DNA of 32,000 nt. Source: Vibrio vulnificus CMCP6 (GTDB lineage: Bacteria > Pseudomonadota > Gammaproteobacteria > Enterobacterales > Vibrionaceae). The stretch lies in contig NC_004459.3 in NCBI RefSeq assembly GCF_000039765.1, positions 1,410,001 to 1,442,000 on the forward strand. Direction: 5' to 3'. Below, piece after piece: positions 16,403 to 26,021 of the stretch. The notes under the pieces were generated by a model, which did not search any database, was not told the DNA's origin, and worked only from the letters and a program-made list of their open reading frames with translations. The first letter of the stretch is position 1. Each line of letters begins with the position of its first letter. The translations under genes and the position numbers were made by a program.

Positions 16403-16888
16403 ATGATAAAGCGTGCACAAGCTGGTTTTACTCTCGTCGAGCTGATCGTGGTGATTCTACTGCTCAGTATCGTCTCTGCTTATGCTGCCAGTCGCTATAT
16501 TGGCACTGGCAGTTTTTCTGCGTATGCCGCGCAAGAGCAGGCGATTTCGATCATTCGTCAGCTTCAAGTCTATCGTATGCAGTCCAACACCACGAATTCT
16601 GCCAATCCAAATTTTGAGTTAACCGCCAGCGGTGGTTGTTTAGGTTCAACCGCAGGTTGTACTGCTGCCAGCACGCCTCAGGCCGCGGAATCACGCAGTG
16701 ATGTGATGCGCCTCGATGGTGTTTCCGTCTCCTCGACAATTTCTCCTATTCGCTTTGATTTGCGTGGTAATCCATTGCAGACCAATGGTTCTGCTCTTAA
16801 CAGTGTCACCATTACCTTTACGGCCTCCGGAGAGAGTGCTTCGGTTTGTATCAATAGCCAAGGCTACGTGAGTGGTGGGGGCTGCTGA
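16403..16888 (+). CDS. mshC: MSHA minor pilin MshC
   Basis: MIKRAQAG|FTLVELIVVILLLSIVSAYAASRY is a prepilin N-terminus with Glu+5. It contains four Cys residues. Confidence 0.88.
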   Translation: MIKRAQAGFTLVELIVVILLLSIVSAYAASRYIGTGSFSAYAAQEQAISIIRQLQVYRMQSNTTNSANPNFELTASGGCLGSTAGCTAASTPQAAESRSDVMRLDGVSVSSTISPIRFDLRGNPLQTNGSALNSVTITFTASGESASVCINSQGYVSGGGC

Positions 16889-17454
16889 TGAAAAAACAGC
16901 AAGGGATGACACTTATCGAAAGTATTGTGGCGATGGTATTGATTGCCGTTGCTATGGTGACCTTGACCAGTTTGCTCTTTCCCAATGTAAAAAATTCCGC
17001 GGCGCCGCACTACCAAACGCGTGCCATTGCGTTAGGACAAGGCTTTATGAGCCAAATTCTCGCACGTGGTTTCGATCACAACAGCAATTTTGATGGTGGC
17101 AGTACACGTTGTGGTGAAGATGGCGTGTTGTGCACTACTGCTGATGGCTTGGGCGCAGAAGAGGCTCAAGTGGTCGATTATAACGATGTCGACGATTATA
17201 TTGGTTGTTGGTATACCACCAATACCCAATCTCAATGCCCAACGGGTTCGGTTCAAAAGTCATTAGCGGATGTCTTTGGCAGTACCATCAACACCGAATA
17301 TCCGAATTTTCGGGTTGATGTGCGTGTGTTCTACGATGGCAATATGGATGGCAGTGACGATGGGGCTGTGAGTACCCTAAAGCGCATTGAAATGGCAATA
17401 CACGCCGGTCAATACGGGCCGTATCCTCTTGTTGCCTATAAGGGGAACTATTGA
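16888..17454 (+). CDS. mshD: MSHA minor pilin MshD
   Basis: MKKQQG|MTLIESIVAMVLIAVAMVTL is a prepilin-like N-terminus with Met+1 and Glu+5. The start overlaps the mshC stop (TGATG). Confidence 0.85.
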   Translation: MKKQQGMTLIESIVAMVLIAVAMVTLTSLLFPNVKNSAAPHYQTRAIALGQGFMSQILARGFDHNSNFDGGSTRCGEDGVLCTTADGLGAEEAQVVDYNDVDDYIGCWYTTNTQSQCPTGSVQKSLADVFGSTINTEYPNFRVDVRVFYDGNMDGSDDGAVSTLKRIEMAIHAGQYGPYPLVAYKGNY

Positions 17455-18143
17455 TGAGTTCTCGTGGTTTTACCTTAGTGGAAATGGTGCTGACGTTAAT
17501 TGTCGGTAGCATTTTGGTGCTGGGCATTGCGGGCTTTGTTGAGCTCGGGACAAAAGGCTATGCGGATTCAGTAGACAGGCAGCGTATCCAAACACAAGCC
17601 CAATTTGTGTTAGAGAAATTGTCTCGTGAATTTCGTCATGCTGTGCCGAACAGTTTCAGTGACAGCGGCAATTGTTTGTCTTTTTATCCAATTGTCTATT
17701 CGGGCTTTTACGCCGTGGAAGGCAATGATATTCGTTTTTTGATAGGCAATTCGAATGTTACGCCACCGTTGGCCAACGGGCTAAGCTTGGTCATTAATCC
17801 AAGTCGTCAGCAAGATCTTGTTAACGATTCATTTGATGTCTCAGGGTTAACTAACGGCGCGGGTTATTTTGCGGTGTTAAACCAAGCCGCCAGCTTAGAA
17901 AGTAATTCCATCAACCGTCGACACTATATTTTTAACGCCAATGGTCGTGTTGAATATTGTTTTACCGCAGGGCGGATCAGTCGCAACGGTGTGCAAGTCG
18001 CCGATAGTGTTTCCGCAGCAAGCTTCAACTACTTAGAGCCGACACTGCAGCGTGGTGGGTTAGTGCATATCAAGCTGACGTTTACGCAAAATGATGAATC
18101 GAGTCATTACCAACAAGATGTGCAGGTGCTCAATGTTCCCTAA
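17454..18143 (+). CDS. mshO: MSHA minor pilin-like protein MshO
   Basis: MSSRG|FTLVEMVLTLIVGSILVLGIAGF is a prepilin-like N-terminus with Glu+5. ATG 17454 overlaps the mshD stop (TGATG). The track starts 3 nt earlier at a TTG. Confidence 0.85.
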   Translation: MSSRGFTLVEMVLTLIVGSILVLGIAGFVELGTKGYADSVDRQRIQTQAQFVLEKLSREFRHAVPNSFSDSGNCLSFYPIVYSGFYAVEGNDIRFLIGNSNVTPPLANGLSLVINPSRQQDLVNDSFDVSGLTNGAGYFAVLNQAASLESNSINRRHYIFNANGRVEYCFTAGRISRNGVQVADSVSAASFNYLEPTLQRGGLVHIKLTFTQNDESSHYQQDVQVLNVP

Positions 18144-18549
18144 TCGACGTAAGCAACAAGGAAACATGCTGGTGGTCGCCATCTTCGTCATTGTGGTGAT
18201 GGGTTTTCTCGCCTCTTCATTGACGCGTATTAACTGGTCTAACAGCGATAATTTAACGCGTGAGCAGCTAGGTACTCAAGCATGGCTCATGGCGCAATCT
18301 GCCAATGAGTGGGCGTTAACTCAGCTCTATCCACTTGGCGTATCAGCCTCGGTGTCTACTGCATGTACTGCCATTCAAGGTGCAACGCCAAATGTCAGTG
18401 CCAATAGCCCTTGCCGCAATCCACAAATTAGTTGCCAATCAATTGGTACATTGCAAGGTGAGACTTTTTATCGCCTTGAGGCGAGCGCAGTCTGCGGGAG
18501 TGGTATAGTTGAAGTAGAGCGTAGACAAGAAGTATGGGTGAAGGAGTAA
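18133..18549 (+). CDS. mshP: MSHA biogenesis protein MshP (PilX-N/GspK-like pilin-like protein lacking Glu+5)
   Basis: MFPNRRKQQG|NMLVVAIFVIVVMGFLASS has a basic leader, a Gly and a hydrophobic helix, but no Phe+1 or Glu+5. I chose ATG 18133 (11-nt overlap with mshO) over the track's 18091, which would add a non-leader-like extension. Confidence 0.75.
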   Translation: MFPNRRKQQGNMLVVAIFVIVVMGFLASSLTRINWSNSDNLTREQLGTQAWLMAQSANEWALTQLYPLGVSASVSTACTAIQGATPNVSANSPCRNPQISCQSIGTLQGETFYRLEASAVCGSGIVEVERRQEVWVKE

Positions 18550-18552
18550 GTA

Positions 18553-21500
18553 ATGAAACGTTATATTCAATTGCTGTGGCTTACTCTTGTTATGCTGTTT
18601 TTTACTCCATTGAGTTATGGAGCGTCATGTAGTGTGCATGGTGAGTCAGATTTTACCATTTCCTTTCGTGTTACTGGTTCAAATACTTACCAACAGTTTT
18701 ATCTAAAGCAGGGAAGCCATGGTCATGTCCTTTGGTATACCCATCAGGAAAGAGTGGGTAGCTCTTACATCTTTAACGAACAAAATCTTGAAATTGGAAC
18801 GAGCTATGATGTTCGTATCACTAGTGATGCAAGTACTAATCGCCTCAATTATTATCGGAAGAAAGCGTCTTCTTCCGATTGGCAGTTTATTGAAACCAAG
18901 ATTCAAGATCTGCACAACGGCAACCTAAGTCCAGTCGATGGGGGAACAATTAGTAATGTCTCATGTGGAGGTGGCATTACTACGCCTCCCACCTATTCAA
19001 ACAATGCACAATTCGAGTTTGGCACACATATTTGTCAAAGTATGCCTTGTAGTATTCCTCTAACAAAAAATTATACCTACACGCCACTTGTATTTGTCAT
19101 GCCGACAATTGATTCAAGTAACCCGGATGCCGATGCGCCATCGACCTTGTATGTGTCATCTAACTTAGACTCGAATTCGACATCATTCACGATTAATCAA
19201 AGAACAAAAAATATATCAGGTAGCAACTTCACTCCGATTGCTATGACCTCGGTGAGTTACTTAGTGATTGAACCCGGTGTTGCCTCATTTGGTGGACATC
19301 AAGTACTAGCGGGATATATCAATAGTAACGCTGTCGCTTCCAAAAGTGGCAGTGACAGTTTTTCTCAAGTGAACTTCTCTTCTTTTGGATTGAACTCATT
19401 TAATGCCGATCCTGTGTTGTTGCACCAAATTCAAACCAACAACAATGCAGATAAATGGATGACATCGGGGCGGGTTTTACAGAGCTCATCAACAGCGAGA
19501 AGACAATCTGCCCAACTCTTTTTAGAGCTATCGGCTTCTTTAGTCTCTGGTTATAGCTACAAACAGGAAAAGATAGCTTTTCTAGCGACACTGCCAACTT
19601 CAGCCAATATTGCTGTAGACAACAATTTAGTTCAATTTAGTAATACTTTTCGTACGCCAAGTCAGTCGTTACCTGAACCGATGCAAGATGGGTGTGACAG
19701 TTATGCGACGACATCGCTGTCCAGCTTATCTGGTGTTGTTGCCAAGAAACAGGAAAGAGCAGGTGGACATGGAGGCTGGTTGCGTCGATGCAGTATTCAA
19801 AACAACGAAGTTAGCTTTGTTGTCGATGAAGACTTTAGTGATAGGAGCCACATTCGAGAGTATGTTGGCTATTTTGCATTTGAGCAACAAAGGCCGAGTA
19901 TTGATTTGTGTCAGTACTTTCCTCAACCTGCACAAAGCTGGAAGTCGGGCAGTGAATTGAATATTCAAAATAATGGCAGCTCAATATCCGGTTGGTCAAC
20001 AGACTACGTTAATGCGTACTTAGCAAACGGGGCTCTAAAAGTCGGTTTTGACACTATTTCTTATCATGCAGGATTATCTGGAGCATGTGATGTCGGTAGT
20101 TGTACTAGTGGTGGTTTAAAGGCGGGAACACCAAATCCCATTTCGCCTTCGTTTACCAGTACTGCAAGTTTATCTATTGATCAATGGAACTACGCAAGTA
20201 TCTGCGATGGAAATTATTGTAGTTACTCAAACAGTGGTAGTAATGAAGTTACAATTACGATTCTTAAACCGCTGAATACGTTGACAGTAAATGGTTATAA
20301 CACCCTTTCATTTAAAGTTGTGTTTAATGATGTTGGTGGACCTTATGGAACGGAAGTGAGGAGTTACAATCCTGGAGGTAAGGTTGAAACAGTCTTAAAA
20401 GCCAACGGTCGCTATGCTTTCCGAGATATCACTTTTTCAGGGACTGGTGGAAAGTTCAGTTTTGAAAGAGGTGTTGTTCTCTATGTTGTGAATTCATTTG
20501 TTCAAAACAACACAACCATCATGAATGATCTAGGTGGGCTAAAAGATATGATCATTTATGGACCAACGGCCACATTTAACTTCAATACTCCTACATCAGA
20601 TTTTGCTGCGCAGATTTTAGGGGATAGTGTGACGTTCAGTAACCCGATTACGTTACGTGGAGCAGTAACAACGAATCGGTTAACGATGAGCACCGGAAAC
20701 ATTGAAATTATTGGAGAAGGGGCGTGTCTGACACCAAGTTCAAATTATACTTTAGAACTTGTTCCAAGTAGTGATATCGCGTTGACCTGCGAAACCCTAA
20801 CGCCGACTGTTCGTGTGCTTGATAATGGTGTTTTAGCAACAAATTTCTCGGGATCGGTGACGGTGCTAGTTGATGGTATACCTCAGCAATTGACTCCTGT
20901 TAATGGCGTCCTTGAACAGACATTGTCACTCACTGTGAACCAAACTAAAACGGTTGCTGTTGAGGCCTACATAAATGGTGACCAAGCTAATACGACGGTA
21001 ACAGGGCAATATCAGTTTGTCCCCTTCAAATTTGCCATTGATGACCAGTATGTTGTCGCGAGTAAACCTCAATCTGTTGAAGCCCAAGTCATGGCGTGTG
21101 ACTCAGGAAACGTGGTTGATATTGGTTACAATGGTACGCCAGTTATCACATCAACATTGACCCAGCCATTAGGCGGTATGGGTGTACTGACTTATTCTCC
21201 AGTATTTGCTTCTGGTACTAGTACGAGTGATTTGACCTTTACTGATTCTGGAGTCGTGCAAGTGCAGTTGGAAGATGGAAACTTTGATTGTACTGGAGTG
21301 CAAGGTTGCCCTATTGAAGGTTCAAGTACATTAAAAGGCCAGTTCGTTGTGAACTCTCGCCCGTGGACGTTTGCAATCTGCAGTGGTGAAACGCCTGCGT
21401 TGCCCATGGATGGCACTTCATCCTCGGGGACTAAATTCAAACTTGCCTCTGAACGCTTTAACCTTCACGTAAAACCAATTGTTTGGCAGAGTGGTGGTGC

Positions 21501-22812
21501 TGTCTCAGGAGAGATTGAAACCAGCAGCTACTGTAATGCAGCGATTACCCAAAACTTCTTTGCCAGTAATGCGCCCAGTGCGGTCGTTGAGATGAGCAGT
21601 GCCTTGCACTCCCCAATGGGAGGGAGCACAAGTGTGTTACTTCAAGGAGACAATGGACTGAGCAAAGTACACAACATTGGCAGCGGTAGTGGTACAAATC
21701 AACACTATGATTTCACTCAGCTCTATTGGGATGAAGTGGGCAGCTTGAAAGTCATGGCGGATGCACAGACCAACTATCTGGGAATGGATATTAATTTGGG
21801 CTACCGCAATATCGGCCGTTTTGTGCCTGAAAAATTGGTGTTAGTGAGCAATAGTTGGACGTATGCGACCGGGCATTCGGGATTCGCGTACATGAACCAA
21901 CCCATTGAACACGCTTTTAGTGTTGAGGCGCAAAATGCTTCAGATCAAGTGACGCAGAATTATGGCTTGTTCGATTCAGCGTATGTTTCAGCCGTTTCTT
22001 ATTTCAATGTTGATAACGCGCACAAAGAAATCGTTGATCGGGTGAAAGATTATTCAACGTTAACTTGGCAACAACCTGCTTGGTCTTTAGGGAAACTCAA
22101 CATATCACTTGCTGATTTTGAGTTCGCCAAAAAAGCGACTGCGTCGACACCCTATACCACAGAGCCTGATGGGCCCTATACGCAAGGTTTTGGCTTGTGG
22201 GCCAGTACGGTGGTGGATGGCGTTGATTTTGAAAATAAAGAGTTGGAAGTGCATGATAGTGGCGCCATCGTCAAATCGGGCAAGGCATTTTCTGAGCAGC
22301 CAGATTTCCGCTATGGACGCATGCGCTTGCAAGACGTGGGTGGCTTTACTGGCAATCAAATTGAAGTGCCGTTAAGTGCGGAATATTGGAATGGCAGCCA
22401 GTTTGTCACCAATGGGGACGATTCTGGCAGTGACTTCGATGGCAGTCAGTTCTGTCGTCAGCTGATTTGGCATAGCCAAGCGCAAACCAGCAGTAATGCT
22501 TCACTTAGTGGCAGCGGTACCGTCTCGGTTGGGCGCTCGGATCAACTCTCTGCTCAGCAGTCGACAACCGATACCGACAATCAAATACGCGAGCAGGTGC
22601 GATTTTGGCTGCGCGTCAGCGATACCACCTTGCAAAAAGTCGCTACCACAGATAACGATATTCAGTGTAATGGCAGCGGTGCTCGTCCGTGGCTTCGTTT
22701 CAATTGGCGTAATTTAGGCGATGAAGACCCTAACGCTGTCGTCACCTTTGGAATTAACCGTGGAAACGATCGGGTTATTTACAAAGGTGAATCGGGCTTA
22801 ACGGGCCAATAA
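18553..22812 (+). CDS. mshQ: MSHA biogenesis protein MshQ (1419-aa secreted protein of unresolved function)
   Basis: Sec signal peptide MKRYIQLLWLTLVMLFFTPLSYG-AS with no pilin-type N-terminus and no further TM segment. It is the last gene of the pilin operon. The C-terminal ...PWLRFNWRNLGDEDPNAVVTFGINRGNDRVIYKGE resembles the conserved MshQ-family tail as I remember it. Confidence 0.85.
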   Translation: MKRYIQLLWLTLVMLFFTPLSYGASCSVHGESDFTISFRVTGSNTYQQFYLKQGSHGHVLWYTHQERVGSSYIFNEQNLEIGTSYDVRITSDASTNRLNYYRKKASSSDWQFIETKIQDLHNGNLSPVDGGTISNVSCGGGITTPPTYSNNAQFEFGTHICQSMPCSIPLTKNYTYTPLVFVMPTIDSSNPDADAPSTLYVSSNLDSNSTSFTINQRTKNISGSNFTPIAMTSVSYLVIEPGVASFGGHQVLAGYINSNAVASKSGSDSFSQVNFSSFGLNSFNADPVLLHQIQTNNNADKWMTSGRVLQSSSTARRQSAQLFLELSASLVSGYSYKQEKIAFLATLPTSANIAVDNNLVQFSNTFRTPSQSLPEPMQDGCDSYATTSLSSLSGVVAKKQERAGGHGGWLRRCSIQNNEVSFVVDEDFSDRSHIREYVGYFAFEQQRPSIDLCQYFPQPAQSWKSGSELNIQNNGSSISGWSTDYVNAYLANGALKVGFDTISYHAGLSGACDVGSCTSGGLKAGTPNPISPSFTSTASLSIDQWNYASICDGNYCSYSNSGSNEVTITILKPLNTLTVNGYNTLSFKVVFNDVGGPYGTEVRSYNPGGKVETVLKANGRYAFRDITFSGTGGKFSFERGVVLYVVNSFVQNNTTIMNDLGGLKDMIIYGPTATFNFNTPTSDFAAQILGDSVTFSNPITLRGAVTTNRLTMSTGNIEIIGEGACLTPSSNYTLELVPSSDIALTCETLTPTVRVLDNGVLATNFSGSVTVLVDGIPQQLTPVNGVLEQTLSLTVNQTKTVAVEAYINGDQANTTVTGQYQFVPFKFAIDDQYVVASKPQSVEAQVMACDSGNVVDIGYNGTPVITSTLTQPLGGMGVLTYSPVFASGTSTSDLTFTDSGVVQVQLEDGNFDCTGVQGCPIEGSSTLKGQFVVNSRPWTFAICSGETPALPMDGTSSSGTKFKLASERFNLHVKPIVWQSGGAVSGEIETSSYCNAAITQNFFASNAPSAVVEMSSALHSPMGGSTSVLLQGDNGLSKVHNIGSGSGTNQHYDFTQLYWDEVGSLKVMADAQTNYLGMDINLGYRNIGRFVPEKLVLVSNSWTYATGHSGFAYMNQPIEHAFSVEAQNASDQVTQNYGLFDSAYVSAVSYFNVDNAHKEIVDRVKDYSTLTWQQPAWSLGKLNISLADFEFAKKATASTPYTTEPDGPYTQGFGLWASTVVDGVDFENKELEVHDSGAIVKSGKAFSEQPDFRYGRMRLQDVGGFTGNQIEVPLSAEYWNGSQFVTNGDDSGSDFDGSQFCRQLIWHSQAQTSSNASLSGSGTVSVGRSDQLSAQQSTTDTDNQIREQVRFWLRVSDTTLQKVATTDNDIQCNGSGARPWLRFNWRNLGDEDPNAVVTFGINRGNDRVIYKGESGLTGQ

Positions 22813-22866
22813 ATAATGTGGATTTTTTGCGCTAAGTAAGGAATCTGTAAGAATTTGGGGCTTTGA

Positions 22867-24009
<1,143 letters not shown>

Positions 24010-24019
24010 CGGTGATGGT

Positions 24020-24037
24020 TAAGCGCCGCGGCGTTTA
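24020..24037 (+). promoter_or_regulatory. Small GC-rich hairpin between mreB and mreC (possible partial attenuator)
   Basis: TAAGCGC (24020-24026) / GCGTTTA (24031-24037) forms a 7-bp stem with one G-U pair and loop CGCG. It lies 11 nt after the mreB stop and has no T-run. Confidence 0.25.
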
Positions 24038-24065
24038 ACTTTCAAACCTAAGGTTCTAAAACAAA

Positions 24066-24956
24066 ATGAAGCCAATTTTTGGTAGAGGTCCTTCTCTACA
24101 ATTGCGTCTTTTTTTTGCTGTCATTACATCAGCCAGCCTCATGCTGGCTGATGGTCGCTTAGATGCTTTCTCTGGTGTTCGATATTTCCTCAATAGTTTA
24201 GTCGCACCGATCCAATATACTGCTAACTTACCACGCAGCATGTTTGACGGTGTCTATGAGCGTTTTAGTACCCGTCAGTCTCTGCTTGAGGGGAATCAAA
24301 ATCTCAAGCGAGAAGTATTGAGACTGAGAAGTGATCTTCTGCTACTGGAACAGTACAAAGAAGAAAACCAGCGCCTGCGTAAGCTTCTTGGCTCTTCGTT
24401 TGTGCGTGATGAAAAAAAAATGGTCGCCGAAGTGATGGCGGTCGACACCTCTCCTTATCGTCATCAAGTGGTGATTGATAAAGGTCGTATTGATGGCGTC
24501 TACATTGGTCAGCCGGTGATCAACGAAAAAGGCATCGTTGGACAAATTACCTTTGTCGCAGCGCACAACAGTCGCGTGTTGTTGCTTAGTGATGCAAAAA
24601 ATGCGATTCCTGTGCAGGTGGTTCGCAATGATATTCGTGTGATCGCGTCAGGAAATGGTGATATCGACGAAATTCAGCTCGAACATATTCCAACCAGCAC
24701 CGACATTCAAGTCGATGATCTATTGGTGACATCTGGTCTTGGGGGCGTATATCCAGAGGGGTACCCCGTGGCTTACGTTACCTCCGTTGAGCATGACACT
24801 CGCCGAGAGTTTGCGGCAATAAAAGCTAAGCCTGTGGTGGAGTTTGATCGCTTACGCTACCTATTGCTGGTTTGGCCAAATGAAGATCGCCAACATAAAG
24901 TGTTGAACGCCAACGTAGATGAACATGCAACTCAAGAGGTGAGTGATGGCGAATAG
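24066..24956 (+). CDS. mreC: Rod-shape-determining protein MreC
   Basis: 296-aa ORF beginning MKPIFGRGPSLQLRLFFAVITSASLMLAD, followed by a coiled coil (LKREVLRLRSDLLLLEQYKEENQRLRKLL) and a beta-rich C-terminal part. Conserved mreBCD order. Confidence 0.93.
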   Translation: MKPIFGRGPSLQLRLFFAVITSASLMLADGRLDAFSGVRYFLNSLVAPIQYTANLPRSMFDGVYERFSTRQSLLEGNQNLKREVLRLRSDLLLLEQYKEENQRLRKLLGSSFVRDEKKMVAEVMAVDTSPYRHQVVIDKGRIDGVYIGQPVINEKGIVGQITFVAAHNSRVLLLSDAKNAIPVQVVRNDIRVIASGNGDIDEIQLEHIPTSTDIQVDDLLVTSGLGGVYPEGYPVAYVTSVEHDTRREFAAIKAKPVVEFDRLRYLLLVWPNEDRQHKVLNANVDEHATQEVSDGE

Positions 24957-25434
24957 TGTGCTGCGCAGCAAGATAGTTATTGGTGCGAGCTTCTTCGTTG
25001 CCTTGGTATTGCAGACCATTCCTTGGCCCGGTGCATTGGATTTGTTTCGTCCTTCGTGGCTGTTGTTAGTGACCTGTTACTGGGTACTGGCACTGCCGCA
25101 TCGTGTTAACGTTGGCAGCGCGTTAGTGCTTGGTCTTTTGTGGGACCTCCTGATTGGCTCGACATTAGGCATTCGCGGCATGATGCTGTCGATCGTCGTG
25201 TATTTGGTCGCGTTGAATTTCCTCGTTATTCGCAACATGGCATTGTGGCAGCAAGCCTTGCTTATCGCCTTCTTAAGCGTGTTGCTAGAAGTATTCATAT
25301 TCTGTGGTGAATATTTGATCCAGGACGTAGTATTCAACCCATTATCGCTATGGACCGCAGTAATTAACTGTATACTTTGGCCATGGGTGTTTTTACTGTT
25401 ACGGCGCGTTCGTCGTCACTGGCATGTAAGGTAA
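24946..25434 (+). CDS. mreD: Rod-shape-determining protein MreD
   Basis: Polytopic hydrophobic protein of about 162 aa. It overlaps the mreC stop. The start is ATG 24946 or GTG 24943. Confidence 0.9.
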   Translation: MANSVLRSKIVIGASFFVALVLQTIPWPGALDLFRPSWLLLVTCYWVLALPHRVNVGSALVLGLLWDLLIGSTLGIRGMMLSIVVYLVALNFLVIRNMALWQQALLIAFLSVLLEVFIFCGEYLIQDVVFNPLSLWTAVINCILWPWVFLLLRRVRRHWHVR

Positions 25435-25438
25435 GACG

Positions 25439-25999
25439 ATGCACAAGCTGGTTTTAGCCTCAGGCTCACCAAGGCGTAAAGAGTTATTGGCGCAACTTGG
25501 TTATACGTTTGATGTCGTGTTACCGGATATCGAAGAATGCAAGGCGGAACAAGAGACGGCCGCTGAGTATGTGTTGCGCTTGTCGCAACAAAAAGCACAA
25601 GCAGGGTTGGCTTTAGTGTCAGAGTCCTCCATCGTGGTGGGCTCCGATACCGTCGTGGTGTGTGATGGCCAAGTCTTAGAAAAACCACACCATTTTGCTG
25701 ATGCTCAGCGAATGCTCACGCAACTTTCAGATCGTCGTCATCAAGTGATGACGGCGGTGACTGTCGTAAGTGCAGAAAAACAACACTCTATCGTCGTGAC
25801 GACAGAGGTGTGGTTCAAGAAACTGACTCAAGAAGAAATCGAACAATATTGGCAGTCAGGTGAACCATGCGATAAAGCAGGCAGTTATGGAATTCAAGGT
25901 TTGGGTGGACGTTTTGTTACCCGTATTGAGGGCAGCTATTCCGCTGTCGTAGGACTCCCTTTGTATGAAACAGACCAACTGCTGCACGAATTCATATAA
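25439..25999 (+). CDS. maf: Maf/YhdE nucleoside triphosphate pyrophosphatase
   Basis: MHKLVLASGSPRRKELLAQLG... carries the Maf signature (ASxSPRR). The conserved C-terminal part reads DKAGSYGIQGLGGRFVTRIEGSYSAVVGLPL. Syntenic position after mreD. Confidence 0.93.
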   Translation: MHKLVLASGSPRRKELLAQLGYTFDVVLPDIEECKAEQETAAEYVLRLSQQKAQAGLALVSESSIVVGSDTVVVCDGQVLEKPHHFADAQRMLTQLSDRRHQVMTAVTVVSAEKQHSIVVTTEVWFKKLTQEEIEQYWQSGEPCDKAGSYGIQGLGGRFVTRIEGSYSAVVGLPLYETDQLLHEFI

Positions 26000-26021
26000 T
26001 TTCAAACATTGAGGTGTGCAC

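Noticed and set aside
18091-18132. A 14-codon upstream extension of mshP (MMNRVITNKMCRCS).
   Set aside because: It lies entirely within the mshO coding sequence and does not look like a signal or leader. ATG 18133 gives a basic leader followed by Gly and a hydrophobic helix.
5717-22853. Direct repeats flanking the msh block, as would mark a mobile-element insertion. A 7-bp repeat was reported in the literature.
   Set aside because: The best I can find by eye is a 6-bp TAAGAA (5717-5722 and 22848-22853), which is expected by chance in AT-rich spacers. No 7-mer is shared between the two junctions, and there are no integrase or transposase genes.
24412-24420. An A9 homopolymer inside mreC (and a T8 run at 24109-24116) as possible phase-variation tracts.
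   Set aside because: They encode in-frame Lys-Lys (DEKKM) and Leu-Phe-Phe in an essential morphogenesis gene, and the frame is intact. There is no reason to expect slipped-strand switching here.
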